Shown here: one piece after another, positions 1-9,625 of the stretch | How positions within the stretch are numbered: the first letter of the stretch is position 1 | How the letters are laid out: each line of letters starts with the position of its first letter | Source of the DNA: an uncultured Microthrixaceae bacterium | GTDB taxonomy: Bacteria; Actinomycetota; Acidimicrobiia; Acidimicrobiales; DATDAH01 | DNA length: 64,000 nucleotides | Direction of reading: 5' to 3' | Assembly (NCBI GenBank): GCA_963725155.1 | Contig: CAVRXU010000005.1 | Coordinates: forward strand, 642,330-706,329 | Made by a program: the position numbers and the translations under genes | Notes under the pieces: generated by a model | The model's database searches: none | What the model was told of the DNA's origin: nothing | Seen by the model: only the letters and a program-made list of their open reading frames with translations

Positions 1-705
1 GATTCCCAGGACTGGGCCGAGATGCTGGCCCGCATGTACCAGCGCTGGGCGGAGCAGCGCGGGTTCAAGGTCGAGATCGAAGAGGCGCAGGCCGGCCAGG
101 AGGCCGGCATCAGCTCGGTCACCTTCCTCGTCCAGGGCCGTCACGCCTACGGCTGGCTCCAAGGCGAGGGCGGGGTCCACCGCCTCATCCGCATCTCGCC
201 CTTCGACAGCCAGGCCCGGCGCCACACGGCGTTCGCCTCGGTGATGGTCGTCCCCGCCCTGGACCCGTCCGACGACGACGTCGAGATCGACGAGAAGGAC
301 CTCCGCATCGACACGTACCGCTCGTCGGGGGCCGGTGGCCAGCACGTCAACGTCACCGACTCCGCGGTGCGCATCACCCACCTACCCACCGGCATCGTGA
401 CGTCCTGTCAGAACCAGCGCAGCCAGCACCAGAACCGGGACAAGGCCATGGAGATCCTGAAGGCCCGCCTGGCCGATCTCCGGCGCAAGGAGCACCAGGA
501 CCATCTGAACGAACTGGCCGGCGACCAGCGCAGTGCGGAGTGGGCCAACCAGATCCGGTCCTACTTCATGCACCCCGAGCAGCGGGTGAAGGACCACCGG
601 AGCAACTACGAGATGGGCAACATCCAGGCCGTCCTGGACGGCCAGGTCGACCCCTTCATGGAGGCCTACCTGCGCTGGTCCCGGGCCGAGGGCGACGCCG
701 CATGA
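1..705 (+). CDS. prfB: Peptide chain release factor 2, C-terminal part (5' end lies outside the window)
   Basis: Frame 1 is open from nt 1 ([18 protein letters not shown]...). GGQ motif in [10 protein letters not shown]. Class I release-factor sequence throughout. Followed by ftsE-ftsX as in many bacteria. Confidence 0.95.
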   Translation, partial: DSQDWAEMLARMYQRWAEQRGFKVEIEEAQAGQEAGISSVTFLVQGRHAYGWLQGEGGVHRLIRISPFDSQARRHTAFASVMVVPALDPSDDDVEIDEKDLRIDTYRSSGAGGQHVNVTDSAVRITHLPTGIVTSCQNQRSQHQNRDKAMEILKARLADLRRKEHQDHLNELAGDQRSAEWANQIRSYFMHPEQRVKDHRSNYEMGNIQAVLDGQVDPFMEAYLRWSRAEGDAA

Positions 706-826
706 CCGCCGGGCATCCCGCGGTTCTGGCCGGGGCCACTGGTACATTCCCGGGTCGAGTACGCGGCCTCGGGCGGGACTGCGGTATTCGCCGACACCCG
801 ACCCTCCGGTATCTCTCTCCCCCCAC

Positions 827-1507
827 ATGATCAAGCTCGAGAACGTCACCAAGCACTACATGGGCGGGCAGGTCGTCGCCCTTCGCGACGCGAACGCCGA
901 GATCCAGAAGGGCGAGTTCGTCTTCCTGGTTGGCCCGTCCGGCTCCGGCAAGTCGACCTTCATCCGCCTGCTCAACCATGAGGAGGTCCCCGACGAGGGC
1001 CGCATCTTCGTGGCGGGCAAGGACATCGTGAAGCTCACCCCGTGGAAGGTGCCCTACCTGCGGCGCAACATCGGGTGCGTCTTCCAGGACTTCAAGCTCC
1101 TGCCCAACAAGACGGTGTACGAGAACGTGGCCTTCGCCCTCGAGGTGATCGGCCGCCCCAACAACGTCATCCGCAGCCAGGTGCCGGCGATCCTGGAGCT
1201 GGTGGGTCTGTCCGACAAGGACAAGAACATGCCCAACGAGCTGTCGGGTGGTGAGCAGCAGCGGGTCTCCATCGCCCGGGCGTTCGTCAACCGCCCCCTG
1301 ATCCTGCTGGCCGACGAGCCGACGGGGAACCTCGATCCCAACACCTCGGTGGGGATCATGCGCCTCCTCGACCGCATCAACCGCACGGGCACCACGGTGG
1401 TCATGTGCACCCACGACCGTTCGATCGTCGACAGCATGCGCCGCCGCGTGCTCCAGCTGGACCGGGGGCTGATCGTCCGCGACCAGGCCCGCGGCGTCTA
1501 CGAGTAA
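827..1507 (+). CDS. ftsE: Cell division ABC ATPase FtsE
   Basis: Walker [13 protein letters not shown] signature LSGGEQQR, Walker [14 protein letters not shown]. 226 aa. Directly upstream of ftsX. Confidence 0.93.
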   Translation: MIKLENVTKHYMGGQVVALRDANAEIQKGEFVFLVGPSGSGKSTFIRLLNHEEVPDEGRIFVAGKDIVKLTPWKVPYLRRNIGCVFQDFKLLPNKTVYENVAFALEVIGRPNNVIRSQVPAILELVGLSDKDKNMPNELSGGEQQRVSIARAFVNRPLILLADEPTGNLDPNTSVGIMRLLDRINRTGTTVVMCTHDRSIVDSMRRRVLQLDRGLIVRDQARGVYE

Positions 1508-1513
1508 CCGGCC

Positions 1514-2401
1514 ATGGCGATCAAGGTCAGTTATCTCTCGCGCGAGGTCGGCATCAACCTCAAGCGCAACATCACCCTGACGATCGCGACGATCGCCACG
1601 GTGGCCGTTTCGCTGACCCTGGTGGGCACCGCCTACCTGATCAGCCGCGGCGTCCAGGACGCCCAGCAGCAGTTCCAGGGCGGCGTGGAGTTCATCGTCT
1701 TCATGAACCCGAACGCGACCGACGCCCAGATCGAGGCCGTGCGCACCGAGCTGGACGACAACCCCCAGATCCGCGAGGCCGAGTTCTGCGACCAGCAGTG
1801 CGCCTACGCGGAGTTCCAGGACCTCTTCGCCGACGATCCCCAGCTCCTGCAGAACGTCGAGCCCGACATCCTCCCGCCGTCGTTCAAGGTGAAGCCGGAC
1901 AACGCCGAGGCCGACGCCGTCGAAGCCCTGGGCGCCGTCTTCGAGACCCAGCCCGGCGTGCGCGAGGTCGCCTTCTCCAGCGAGGCCATCAAGCGCATCG
2001 AGAGCTTCTACCGCTTCCTGTCGACCCGCTCGGCCATCGCCGCCGTCGCCCTGGTCGTGGCCGCCACCCTGCTGGTGCTCAACACCATCCAGATGGCGAT
2101 CCTCAACCGTCGTCGCGACATCGAGGTCATGAAGCTGGTCGGGGCCACCAACTGGTTCATCCGCATTCCGTTCATGGTGGAAGGCCTGATCCAGGGCCTC
2201 ATCGGCTCCCTCTTCGCCATCCTGGTCACCCGCATCTTCATCAACGATCTGGAGGGTCAGGCCGAGGGCGCCGGGCTGCTGTCCGCCTTCGCCGTCTCCA
2301 GCAGCGAGATGACCAAGGCCTCGATCCTGCTCATCGCCGCCGGCGCCGCCGTCAGCCTCGTCGGCTCCGGCATCGCCGTCAGCCGCTTCCTCAAGGTTTA
2401 G
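1514..2401 (+). CDS. ftsX: Cell division permease-like protein FtsX
   Basis: 295 aa. One N-terminal TM helix, an extracytoplasmic domain, then three C-terminal TM helices. Starts 7 nt after the ftsE stop. Confidence 0.9.
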   Translation: MAIKVSYLSREVGINLKRNITLTIATIATVAVSLTLVGTAYLISRGVQDAQQQFQGGVEFIVFMNPNATDAQIEAVRTELDDNPQIREAEFCDQQCAYAEFQDLFADDPQLLQNVEPDILPPSFKVKPDNAEADAVEALGAVFETQPGVREVAFSSEAIKRIESFYRFLSTRSAIAAVALVVAATLLVLNTIQMAILNRRRDIEVMKLVGATNWFIRIPFMVEGLIQGLIGSLFAILVTRIFINDLEGQAEGAGLLSAFAVSSSEMTKASILLIAAGAAVSLVGSGIAVSRFLKV

Positions 2402-2706
2402 ATCTCGATCAGCGCCCGCAACAAGGCGGTGGTTCCGGCGGCGCTGAGGACGACGACGAGGAACGGGGCCCGGAGGGCGACGGCGATGATGCCGGCGACG
2501 AGTCCGGCCGCCCTGGCGTCGAGGACCAGGGTGGTGCCGTCGGCGAAGGTCTGGACCACGACCAGGGCGGCCAGCAGCGCAGGTGGCAGCAGGGCGGTGA
2601 TCGTGGCGACGCTGTCCGGCAGCTTCACGTGGTCGAGGACCAGGAGCCCGGCGGCCTTGAAGGTATAGGCCAGCGCGCCCAGGAGCAGGATCGCCGTCCA
2701 GCTCAC
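2398..2706 (-). CDS. azlD: AzlD-like small hydrophobic subunit of a branched-chain amino acid exporter
   Basis: 102-aa very hydrophobic ORF. GTGA start/stop overlap with the upstream AzlC-like gene. Call rests on size, hydrophobicity and pairing. Confidence 0.7.
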   Translation of the reverse strand: MSWTAILLLGALAYTFKAAGLLVLDHVKLPDSVATITALLPPALLAALVVVQTFADGTTLVLDARAAGLVAGIIAVALRAPFLVVVLSAAGTTALLRALIEI

Positions 2707-3398
2707 GCCGTCTCCCGCCGCTGGACGACGAAGGCGGGGACGACGGCCAGCACGGCGAGGAGGATGGGAGCGCCGGCCGGGAGGAGGGGGATGGTGACGA
2801 AGGCGATGGCACCCCCGACGATGGCGGCGATCAGGCCCGGGCGCCGCCGGAGGTGGGGGGCCATCAGAGCGATGAAGCCGGCGGGAAAGGCGGCGTCGAG
2901 CCCGAACGTCTCCGGGTCACCGATGGCGTTGCCGGCGACGGCGCCGACCAGGGTCCCGAGGTTCCAGAACACGAACACGCCGATGCCCGTGACCCAGAAC
3001 GCCTTCTCCGCCTCGACTGCGTCCCGCTGGGCGGTGGCCATGGCGGACGACTCGTCGATCACGAGCTGAGCGGCCAAGAGGCGACGCCACCGCCCACCCC
3101 GGATGATCGGGTTCAAGGCCAGGCCGTACATCCCGTTGCGGGCCGCCAGGAGTGCCGCCGACGCGATGGCGGCGGCCGGCGTGCCGCCCGAGGCGATGAC
3201 GCCGACGGCCGCGAACTGCGACGCCCCGGTGAACACGAGCACGGACATGGCCTGAGCCTGTGGCGCACTCAGCCCCGCAGCCACGGCGAACACCCCGAAG
3301 GTCAGGCCGAACACCCCGACGGCGAGGGCGACGACCAAGCCGTCGCGTCGGCGGAACGGGCGAGCGCTCGGGTCGGGGGCAGAAGGCGGGTCGCTCAT
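2703..3398 (-). CDS. azlC: AzlC family branched-chain amino acid permease subunit
   Basis: 231-aa multi-TM protein with AzlC-like segments (FTGASQFAAVGV, FWNLGTLVGA). Coupled to the azlD-like gene. Confidence 0.8.
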   Translation of the reverse strand: MSDPPSAPDPSARPFRRRDGLVVALAVGVFGLTFGVFAVAAGLSAPQAQAMSVLVFTGASQFAAVGVIASGGTPAAAIASAALLAARNGMYGLALNPIIRGGRWRRLLAAQLVIDESSAMATAQRDAVEAEKAFWVTGIGVFVFWNLGTLVGAVAGNAIGDPETFGLDAAFPAGFIALMAPHLRRRPGLIAAIVGGAIAFVTIPLLPAGAPILLAVLAVVPAFVVQRRETA

Positions 3399-3423
3399 GG
3401 CCGGGCGGCCATCATGGTCGACC

Positions 3424-3519
3424 GTGACCTACGAGGAGATCGACTATCGGGTGCCGGAGAAGCTCAACGCCCTGACCGCGGTGATGGCCACCGAGCTGCT
3501 CGAGGTCTTCCTCGAGTAG
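3424..3519 (+). pseudogene. Possible remnant of an enoyl-CoA hydratase (crotonase) N-terminus
   Basis: A 31-codon ORF reads VTYEEIDYRVPEKLNALTAVMATELLEVFLE then stop. PEKLNAL...EL resembles the N-terminal NRPEKxNAL segment of crotonases. It is too short to be functional and sits in an otherwise unassigned 138-nt gap. Confidence 0.3.
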
Positions 3520-3536
3520 CAGGAGCCGGAGTGCGG

Positions 3537-3740
3537 TTAGTAGCCAGGTGGGAGGTTTCGGAAGTACTGGCTGGCCGCACCGCGGCCCAGCTCGCCGGAG
3601 CGGATGCTGGCGTCGGAGGGCAGGCCCTCCGTGCCGACCTCGCGCAGGTCGTGGGGCAGGTGCCGCTTGATGTGCCATTCGTAGGCGGCGCCGGCCGCGA
3701 GCACGGCGGCGAAGGCGAGGAGCAGGAAGGCCAGGATCAT
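3537..3740 (-). CDS. Small single-TM protein (67 aa), hypothetical
   Basis: [22 protein letters not shown]... is a hydrophobic N-terminal helix. Its ATG shares one base with the TGA of the upstream PPOX-like gene (TGATG), suggesting coupling. No family recognised. Confidence 0.4.
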   Translation of the reverse strand: MILAFLLLAFAAVLAAGAAYEWHIKRHLPHDLREVGTEGLPSDASIRSGELGRGAASQYFRNLPPGY

Positions 3741-4423
3741 CAGAGGTTTTCGGCGTAGTCGGTCTGGATGAGGTCGTCGATGGCGGTCACCAGGTCCTCG
3801 TCGGCGGCGCGGTCCATCTTGGCCGCGAACATGGCGCCGAAGCTGACCTTCCTCTTGGGGGGCCAGGTCTCGTGCTTCCAGAGATGGGAGCGGATGAAGG
3901 CCTTGGCGCAGTGGAAGAAGACCTCCTCCACGTGGACCCGGATGCCGAGCACGGCGGGCTTCCCCCGCGCCGCGAGCCGCTCCAGCAGGGCTGCGTCCCG
4001 GGTCAGGTCGGCCCGGCCGTTGACCCGCAGCGTCTCGGTGGTGCCCGGGATCACGAACAGCAGCCCCACGTGGGGGTTCTCGAGGATGTTGGTCAGCCCG
4101 AAGGCCAGGTGGTTGCCCGGCCGGTCGGGGATGACCAGGGTGTGGTCGTCCTCCACCAGCACGAAGCCGGCCTCGTCGCCCTTGGGCGAGGCGTCGCCCC
4201 TCCCGTCCGCCGCCGAGGTCGCCAGCACGAGGAACGGGCATTCGGCGATGAAGTCCCGGGCGAACTCGTCGAGGCTGTCGCCCAGCTTCATCGTCACCGC
4301 GTCGCCGGGTGGAGCGATGACCTCCCGCAACTCGTCGACGGTCCGGATCACGGAGTCGGCAGGAGGGGGCACGGGTTGCAGCCTACGATCCGGCGCAGTC
4401 GCGAGTGGAGGAGAGTCAGACAT
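3740..4423 (-). CDS. Pyridoxamine 5'-phosphate oxidase (PPOX)-family flavoprotein
   Basis: Segments typical of the split-barrel PPOX class: [65 protein letters not shown]. The start is uncertain; in-frame GTGs lie downstream of the ATG at 4423. Confidence 0.8.
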   Translation of the reverse strand: MSDSPPLATAPDRRLQPVPPPADSVIRTVDELREVIAPPGDAVTMKLGDSLDEFARDFIAECPFLVLATSAADGRGDASPKGDEAGFVLVEDDHTLVIPDRPGNHLAFGLTNILENPHVGLLFVIPGTTETLRVNGRADLTRDAALLERLAARGKPAVLGIRVHVEEVFFHCAKAFIRSHLWKHETWPPKRKVSFGAMFAAKMDRAADEDLVTAIDDLIQTDYAENL

Positions 4424-5504
4424 GGGTCAGCAGGTCCGGGGAGTCGTGTCCCGCGCCAAGGGCGAGCCGGTCACCATCGAGACCATCGAGGTCCCCGACC
4501 CGGGGCCGGGCGAAGCCGTGGTCGCCGTGAAGGCCTGTGGGGTCTGCCACACGGACCTGCACTACCGGGAAGGGGCCATCAACGACGAGTTCCCCTTCCT
4601 GCTCGGCCACGAGGCGGCGGGCGTGGTGGAGTCGGTCGGGGACGGGGTCGATGACCTCGAGCCCGGTGACTACGTGATCCTGGCCTGGCGGGCTCCGTGC
4701 GGAACGTGCCGGTCCTGTGTCCGGGGGAAGCCCTGGTACTGCTTCGAGTCCAAGAACGCGGCCCAGCCCATGACCCTCGACGGCGTGCCCCTGAGCAACG
4801 CCCTGGGCATCGGCGCGTTCGCCGACAAGACCTTGGTCCACGCCAAGCAGGCCGTGAAGGTCGACCCCGCCGCCCCGCCGGAAGCCGCCGGCCTCATCGG
4901 GTGTGGCGTCATGGCCGGTTTCGGTGCTGCGGTGAACACCGGCGAGGTGCGGCGGGGGGAGACGGTGGCCGTCTTCGGCTGCGGCGGGGTGGGCAACGCC
5001 GCCATCCTCGGCGCCTCGGTGGCCGGGGCCCGCCAGATCATCGCCGTCGACCTCGACGACCGGAAGCTGGAATGGGCCAAGGGCTTCGGCGCCACCGACA
5101 CGGTGAACGCGTCGGCGGGCGACCCGGTCGAGGCCATCCAGGCCCTCACCGGCGGTCTCGGCGTGGACGTGGCCATCGAGGCCATCGGCCTGCCCCAGAC
5201 CTTCGTCCAGGCCTTCAACGCCCGGGACCTGGCCGGCCGGCTCGTCCTCGTCGGCGTGCCGTCCCCGGACGCCAAGGTCGAGCTGCCGATGATCGAGATC
5301 TTCGGACGGGGCGGCTCCACGAAGTCGAGCTGGTACGGCGACTGCCTGCCCACCCGGGACTTCCCGCTGCTCATCGACATGCACCTGAGCGGTCGGATCG
5401 ATCTCGGCCTGTTCGTGAGCGAGACCATCCCGCTGGACGGGGTCGAGGAGGCGTTCCACAAGATGGAGCGGGGAGAGGTGCTGCGCTCGGTCGTCGTCCT
5501 CTGA
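4422..5504 (+). CDS. Class III Zn-dependent alcohol dehydrogenase, S-(hydroxymethyl)mycothiol dehydrogenase-like
   Basis: GVCHTDLH and [12 protein letters not shown] zinc motifs, Rossmann [15 protein letters not shown] Shine-Dalgarno 8 nt before the ATG. Followed by an MBL hydrolase, the usual actinobacterial pairing. Confidence 0.85.
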   Translation: MGQQVRGVVSRAKGEPVTIETIEVPDPGPGEAVVAVKACGVCHTDLHYREGAINDEFPFLLGHEAAGVVESVGDGVDDLEPGDYVILAWRAPCGTCRSCVRGKPWYCFESKNAAQPMTLDGVPLSNALGIGAFADKTLVHAKQAVKVDPAAPPEAAGLIGCGVMAGFGAAVNTGEVRRGETVAVFGCGGVGNAAILGASVAGARQIIAVDLDDRKLEWAKGFGATDTVNASAGDPVEAIQALTGGLGVDVAIEAIGLPQTFVQAFNARDLAGRLVLVGVPSPDAKVELPMIEIFGRGGSTKSSWYGDCLPTRDFPLLIDMHLSGRIDLGLFVSETIPLDGVEEAFHKMERGEVLRSVVVL

Positions 5505-6118
5505 TGGCACTGCGCATCGACAACGTCATCACGTCCGGCATCTTCAGCCTGGACGGCGAGGACTTCGAGGTCGACAACAACATCTGGCTGGTCGGTGACG
5601 ACGACGAGGTGATCGTGGTCGACGCCGCCCACGACCACCGGCCGATCGTGGCCGGCGTGGGTTCTCGGCGGGTCGTCGCCGTCGTGTGCACCCATGGCCA
5701 CAACGACCACATCAACGTCGCCGTGCCCCTGGCGGAGGTGGTGGGCGCACCGATCTGGGTGCACCCCGACGATCGGATGCTGTGGGAGGTCGTGTGGCCC
5801 GACCGGGCCCCGGACGCCGAGCTGGTCGACGGCCAGGTCATCGAGGTCGGTGGCTCGTCCCTCGAGGTGCTGCACACCCCGGGTCACTCGCCCGGCGGCT
5901 GCTGCCTGCACGCCGAGGCGGACGGCGTCGTCTTCTCGGGCGACACCCTGTTCAACGGCGGGCCCGGGGCCACTGGTCGGAGCTTCTCGGACCACGACAC
6001 CCTCGTGGCCAGCATCCGGGATCGGTTGCTGGTGCTCGACCCGGCCACCGTGGTTCACACCGGCCACGGGGACAGCACGACGATCGGCGCTGAGGCCGAG
6101 CGCGCGGGCGACTGGTGA
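5504..6118 (+). CDS. MBL-fold metallo-hydrolase (glyoxalase II-like thioesterase candidate)
   Basis: HxHxDH motif in VCTHGHNDH, plus TPGHSPGG. ATGA overlap with the dehydrogenase stop. Confidence 0.85.
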   Translation: MALRIDNVITSGIFSLDGEDFEVDNNIWLVGDDDEVIVVDAAHDHRPIVAGVGSRRVVAVVCTHGHNDHINVAVPLAEVVGAPIWVHPDDRMLWEVVWPDRAPDAELVDGQVIEVGGSSLEVLHTPGHSPGGCCLHAEADGVVFSGDTLFNGGPGATGRSFSDHDTLVASIRDRLLVLDPATVVHTGHGDSTTIGAEAERAGDW

Positions 6119-6162
6119 CTGCAGCGCGAGCCGTCCCTGGTGCACAAGGCAGGGGATGATCG

Positions 6163-6963
6163 GTGGAGGTTCGGGGGGTCGATCTCGCCGTCGAGGAGTC
6201 CGGCACCGGGACGCCGGTTCTCTGGGGGCACGGGCTGACCAGCTCGATGGCCGCGGAGGTGGCGATGGGCTTCGGTGTCGTCGACCTCCCCGAGGACCGC
6301 TACCGGGTGGTGCGCTACGACGCCCGGGGCCACGGGGACTCGGGCGGCACGACCGACCCGGCCGACTACGCCTATCCGGGACTGGCGGCCGACCAGCTGG
6401 GCTTGGCCGACGCCCTCGGGATCGACCGGTTCGTCGTGGGGGGCCTGTCGATGGGCTCGGCGACGGCTCTGCACACCGCGGTCGCCGTGCCGGACCGGGT
6501 CCTGGCCCTCGTCCTCGGCATCCCGCCGACGGCGTGGGAGGGGCGACAGGCCCGGGGCGCCGCCTACCGGGCCCGGGGCCGGATCATCGAGGAGGAAGGG
6601 CTGGACGCCTTCATCGCGGTGGCGATGGCCGAGCCGCTGGCCGAGATCTTCGCCCCCTTCGCAGAGCTGGTCACGGCCGGGATCCGCGCCCGGTACGAGA
6701 GCTACGACGCTGCGATCCTGGCGCCGCTGCTCACGGGTGTCGGAGGTTCTGACCTCCCCACGCCCGAGGCGGTGGCGGAGCTCACGATGCCGGTCCTCGT
6801 GCTGGCCTGGGAGGGCGATCCCGTGCATCCGCAGGCGACGGCCGAGCGCCTGGGCGAGCTCCTGCCCCAAGCCGACGTCGTCGTCGCCCCGACCCTGCGC
6901 GACGTGCTGGCCTGGTCCGCCCGGGTGCGAGAGTTCCTGGACGGCGTGGTTCAGCCGACGTAG
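6163..6963 (+). CDS. Alpha/beta-fold hydrolase
   Basis: Nucleophile elbow GLSMGS, an HG-type oxyanion segment (LWGHGLTS), 266 aa. GTG start. Confidence 0.8.
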   Translation: MEVRGVDLAVEESGTGTPVLWGHGLTSSMAAEVAMGFGVVDLPEDRYRVVRYDARGHGDSGGTTDPADYAYPGLAADQLGLADALGIDRFVVGGLSMGSATALHTAVAVPDRVLALVLGIPPTAWEGRQARGAAYRARGRIIEEEGLDAFIAVAMAEPLAEIFAPFAELVTAGIRARYESYDAAILAPLLTGVGGSDLPTPEAVAELTMPVLVLAWEGDPVHPQATAERLGELLPQADVVVAPTLRDVLAWSARVREFLDGVVQPT

Positions 6964-7559
6964 TCGGGCTCGTCACCGGCTCGCCACTTGATGCTGCAGC
7001 CGATGCTGGGGACCTGGTCCTCGGCCACGGTGCCCCCGGCGAGCAGCGCCTCGACCGCGGCGACGACGTCGGCGCCGGTCACCGGCAGGCCGTTGCCGGG
7101 ACGGGAGTCGTCGAACTGGCCCCGGTAGGCCAGACGTTGCTCGCCGTCGAACACGAAGAAGTCCGGGGTGCAGGCGGCACGGAAGGCCTTGGCCACGTCC
7201 TGGGAGGCGTCGAGCAGGTAGGGGAACCGGAAGCCGTGGGTCACGGCCTGGGCGGCCATGCCCGCGGGGCCGTCCTGGGGATAGGCCTCGACGGCGTTGC
7301 TCTGCACGGCCACAACGGCGGCGCCCCGGTTCATGAGGTCGGCGGTGACCTCACCGAGGCGAGCCTCCACATGCTTGACGTAGGGGCAGTGCGGGCACAG
7401 GAACGCCACCACCAGGGCCGGGGCGCCGACGGCGTCCTCGGTCGACCAGGTGGTGGCGTCGGGGCCCGAGAGCGTGAACGGCGGCAGGGTCGAGCCGAGC
7501 GGGAGCATCGTGGACGGGGTGGCGACCATGGGTCCTCCAGGGTCGGTGAGGCGGGACAA
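6951..7559 (-). CDS. Thioredoxin-fold thiol-disulfide oxidoreductase / peroxiredoxin-like protein
   Basis: CxxC in FLCPHCPYVKH. AhpC/TSA-like layout. 202 aa. Confidence 0.75.
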   Translation of the reverse strand: MSRLTDPGGPMVATPSTMLPLGSTLPPFTLSGPDATTWSTEDAVGAPALVVAFLCPHCPYVKHVEARLGEVTADLMNRGAAVVAVQSNAVEAYPQDGPAGMAAQAVTHGFRFPYLLDASQDVAKAFRAACTPDFFVFDGEQRLAYRGQFDDSRPGNGLPVTGADVVAAVEALLAGGTVAEDQVPSIGCSIKWRAGDEPDYVG

Positions 7560-7599
7560 ACGCGGCGGCGACGGTGGGGCGAGCGCCTACCGTGCCGCT

Positions 7600-8364
7600 G
7601 TGACTCCAGGTCTACCCCCCGAGGCCGAGGCCCACTACCGGGGCTACGACGAGGACGCTCGCCTCGACCACCACTGGCTCGAGCGGGTACGCACCCAGAT
7701 GCTGCTGGAGCGGCTCCTGCCCGATGCCCCCGCCGACGTCCTGGATGTGGGCGGCGGCACCGGTGTCCACTCGATCTGGCTGGCCGGGCAGGGCCATCGG
7801 GTCACCCTGGTCGACGCCATGCCCGAACACGTCGACCAGGCATTGACCATCGGTACCTTCGCCGCCATTGTCGGCGACGCCCGGGCCCTCGACCAGGCCG
7901 ACGCCTCGGCCGACGCCGTGCTCCTGCTGGGGCCGCTCTACCACCTCGTCGAGGCTGCCGACCGCGCCCGCGCTCTGGCGGAGGCTCACCGGGTGCTCCG
8001 TCCCGGCGGCGTGCTCGTTGCCGGGGCAATCAGCTATGCCGCGTCGCTCCTGGACGGCGTCCGGGAGGGTTGGATGGACGTCCCGGCGTTCGTCGAGATC
8101 GTTCGGGCGGACCTGGCGACCGGCCAGCACCGGAACCCGGTCGCGGATCCCCGCTGGTTCACCACCACCTTCTTCCACCGGCCGGAGGAGCTGCGGGCGG
8201 AGTTGTCCGAGGCCGGTTTCGCCGTCGACGATGTCGTCGGGGTCGAGGGGCCGGGCTGGATCGTGGGGGAGCCCGAGGGTTCGCTCGTGGCGGCCGAGCT
8301 GGCCGACGCCCATCCCGAGCTGGCGCTGCTGAGCGCCCACCTCGTCGCGGTCGGGCGCCGTTGA
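7600..8364 (+). CDS. Class I SAM-dependent methyltransferase
   Basis: Motif I VLDVGGGTGVHS; LLLGPLYHL post-I region. The start is ambiguous. The track ORF opens at 7450, there is an ATG at 7528, and GTG 7600 avoids overlap with the divergent gene. Confidence 0.75.
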   Translation: MTPGLPPEAEAHYRGYDEDARLDHHWLERVRTQMLLERLLPDAPADVLDVGGGTGVHSIWLAGQGHRVTLVDAMPEHVDQALTIGTFAAIVGDARALDQADASADAVLLLGPLYHLVEAADRARALAEAHRVLRPGGVLVAGAISYAASLLDGVREGWMDVPAFVEIVRADLATGQHRNPVADPRWFTTTFFHRPEELRAELSEAGFAVDDVVGVEGPGWIVGEPEGSLVAAELADAHPELALLSAHLVAVGRR

Positions 8365-8696
8365 TGGCGGACTGGGTGGAGGTGGCGGCCGAGGTCGCCC
8401 CCGGTGAGATCGTGGACGCCGCCCACGGCGACCTGGACCTCGTCGTCTGGCGGACCTTCGAGGGCGAGCCGTGTGTCATGGAGGCCCGCTGTCCCCACGA
8501 GTGGTCCCACCTCGGTGCCGAAGGGGTCGTCGACGGTCCCGAGATCGTCTGCGCGGCCCACTTCTGGCGCTTCACCACCGAGGGGACGGGCAGCAAGGTC
8601 GGCATGACCGGCCGCCGGGACCCGAAGGCCGACATCGCCGTGTTCCCGTGCCGGGACGTCGACGGCCACATCGAGGCTGAGCTCCCCAGCGAGTAG
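8364..8696 (+). CDS. Rieske [2Fe-2S] domain protein
   Basis: CPHEWSH ... CAAHFWRF gives CxH-x(n)-CxxH. 110 aa. ATGA overlap with the methyltransferase stop. Confidence 0.8.
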   Translation: MADWVEVAAEVAPGEIVDAAHGDLDLVVWRTFEGEPCVMEARCPHEWSHLGAEGVVDGPEIVCAAHFWRFTTEGTGSKVGMTGRRDPKADIAVFPCRDVDGHIEAELPSE

Positions 8697-8707
8697 AACG
8701 AACGCCG

Positions 8708-9625
8708 ATGACCGAACTGGACGGCACCCGCATCCTGATCACCGGCCCGACGGGCCAGGTCGGCCTGCCCGTGGCTCTCGCGCTGGCCGAGAGGAACGAC
8801 GTGATCGGCGTGGCCCGCTTCGGCGACACCCGGGCCCGGGAGCGGCTGGAGGCGGCGGGGGTGACCTGCATCACCGCCGACCTCGTCAGCGGTGATCTCT
8901 CCGCCGTGCCCGCCGATGTCGACCACGTCGCCAACTTCGCCGTCGCCAAGACCGGCGACTTCGAGAAGGACCTGGCCGCCAACGTCGAGGCCCTCGGGAT
9001 GCTGATGCACCACTGCCGAGGGGCCACGTCCTTCCTGCACTGCTCGTCCACGGCGGTGTACGAGCCCGCCGGCCATCACGACTTCGCCGAGGGCGACCCG
9101 CTGGGGGACAACCACCGCCCGTTCGGCTTCCTGCCCACCTACTCGATCACCAAGATCGCGGCGGAGGCCATGGCCCGCTACGGCGCCCGCCAGTGGGACC
9201 TGCCCACCACCATCGCCCGCCTCTCGGTGCCTTACGGCGACAACGGCGGCTGGCCCGCCTTCCACTTCGAGATGATGCTGGCCGGCCAGGCCGTGCCCGT
9301 CCACGAGGACGCGCCCAGCGAGTTCAACCCGATCCACGAAGACGACATCGTGGCCCAGGTCCCTCGCCTGCTGGAGGTGGCCTCGGTGCCGGCCACCGTC
9401 GTCAACTGGGCCGGCCCCGACCCGGTCAGCATCGAGGACTGGTGCCTGTACCTGGGCGAGATGGTCGGGATCATGCCCACCTTCGCCCCGACCACGGCGA
9501 CCATCGAGAGCGTGCGGGTGGACACGACCCGCATGCACGAGCTGATCGGTCCGGCCGAGGTGCGGTGGAGGGAAGGCCTGCGCCGGATGGTCGAGGTCCG
9601 TCGTCCCGACCTGTTCGTCGATTGA
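8708..9625 (+). CDS. NAD-dependent epimerase/dehydratase family protein
   Basis: N-terminal Rossmann ILITGPTGQVG. 305 aa extended-SDR layout. Confidence 0.8.
   Translation: MTELDGTRILITGPTGQVGLPVALALAERNDVIGVARFGDTRARERLEAAGVTCITADLVSGDLSAVPADVDHVANFAVAKTGDFEKDLAANVEALGMLMHHCRGATSFLHCSSTAVYEPAGHHDFAEGDPLGDNHRPFGFLPTYSITKIAAEAMARYGARQWDLPTTIARLSVPYGDNGGWPAFHFEMMLAGQAVPVHEDAPSEFNPIHEDDIVAQVPRLLEVASVPATVVNWAGPDPVSIEDWCLYLGEMVGIMPTFAPTTATIESVRVDTTRMHELIGPAEVRWREGLRRMVEVRRPDLFVD

Noticed and set aside
1-21. The programmed +1 frameshift site of prfB.
   Set aside because: The site lies near the 5' end of prfB, which is outside this window, so it cannot be evaluated.
656-2812. A 718-aa ORF on the minus strand. 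There are many similar very long ORFs: 53345..56170 (-), 47204..50203 (+), 29471..32224 (-), 40519..42906 (+), 60730..63018 (-), 13436..15307 (-) and 33459..34805 (-).
   Set aside because: Their translations are Arg/Gly/Pro/Ala-rich low-complexity strings, typical of off-frame or antisense reading of GC-rich DNA. Each is fully shadowed by a gene on another frame or strand with clear family motifs (ftsEX, clpX, M4 peptidase, cyclase-STAND, permease, PBP2 and so on).
4421-4424. The divergent PPOX-like gene and the dehydrogenase gene appear to share a CATG, with start codons overlapping on opposite strands.
   Set aside because: The dehydrogenase ATG is well supported by a GGAGGAG SD. The PPOX-like ATG has no SD, and in-frame GTGs lie 50-75 nt further in. 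The overlap may therefore be an artefact of picking the longest ORF.
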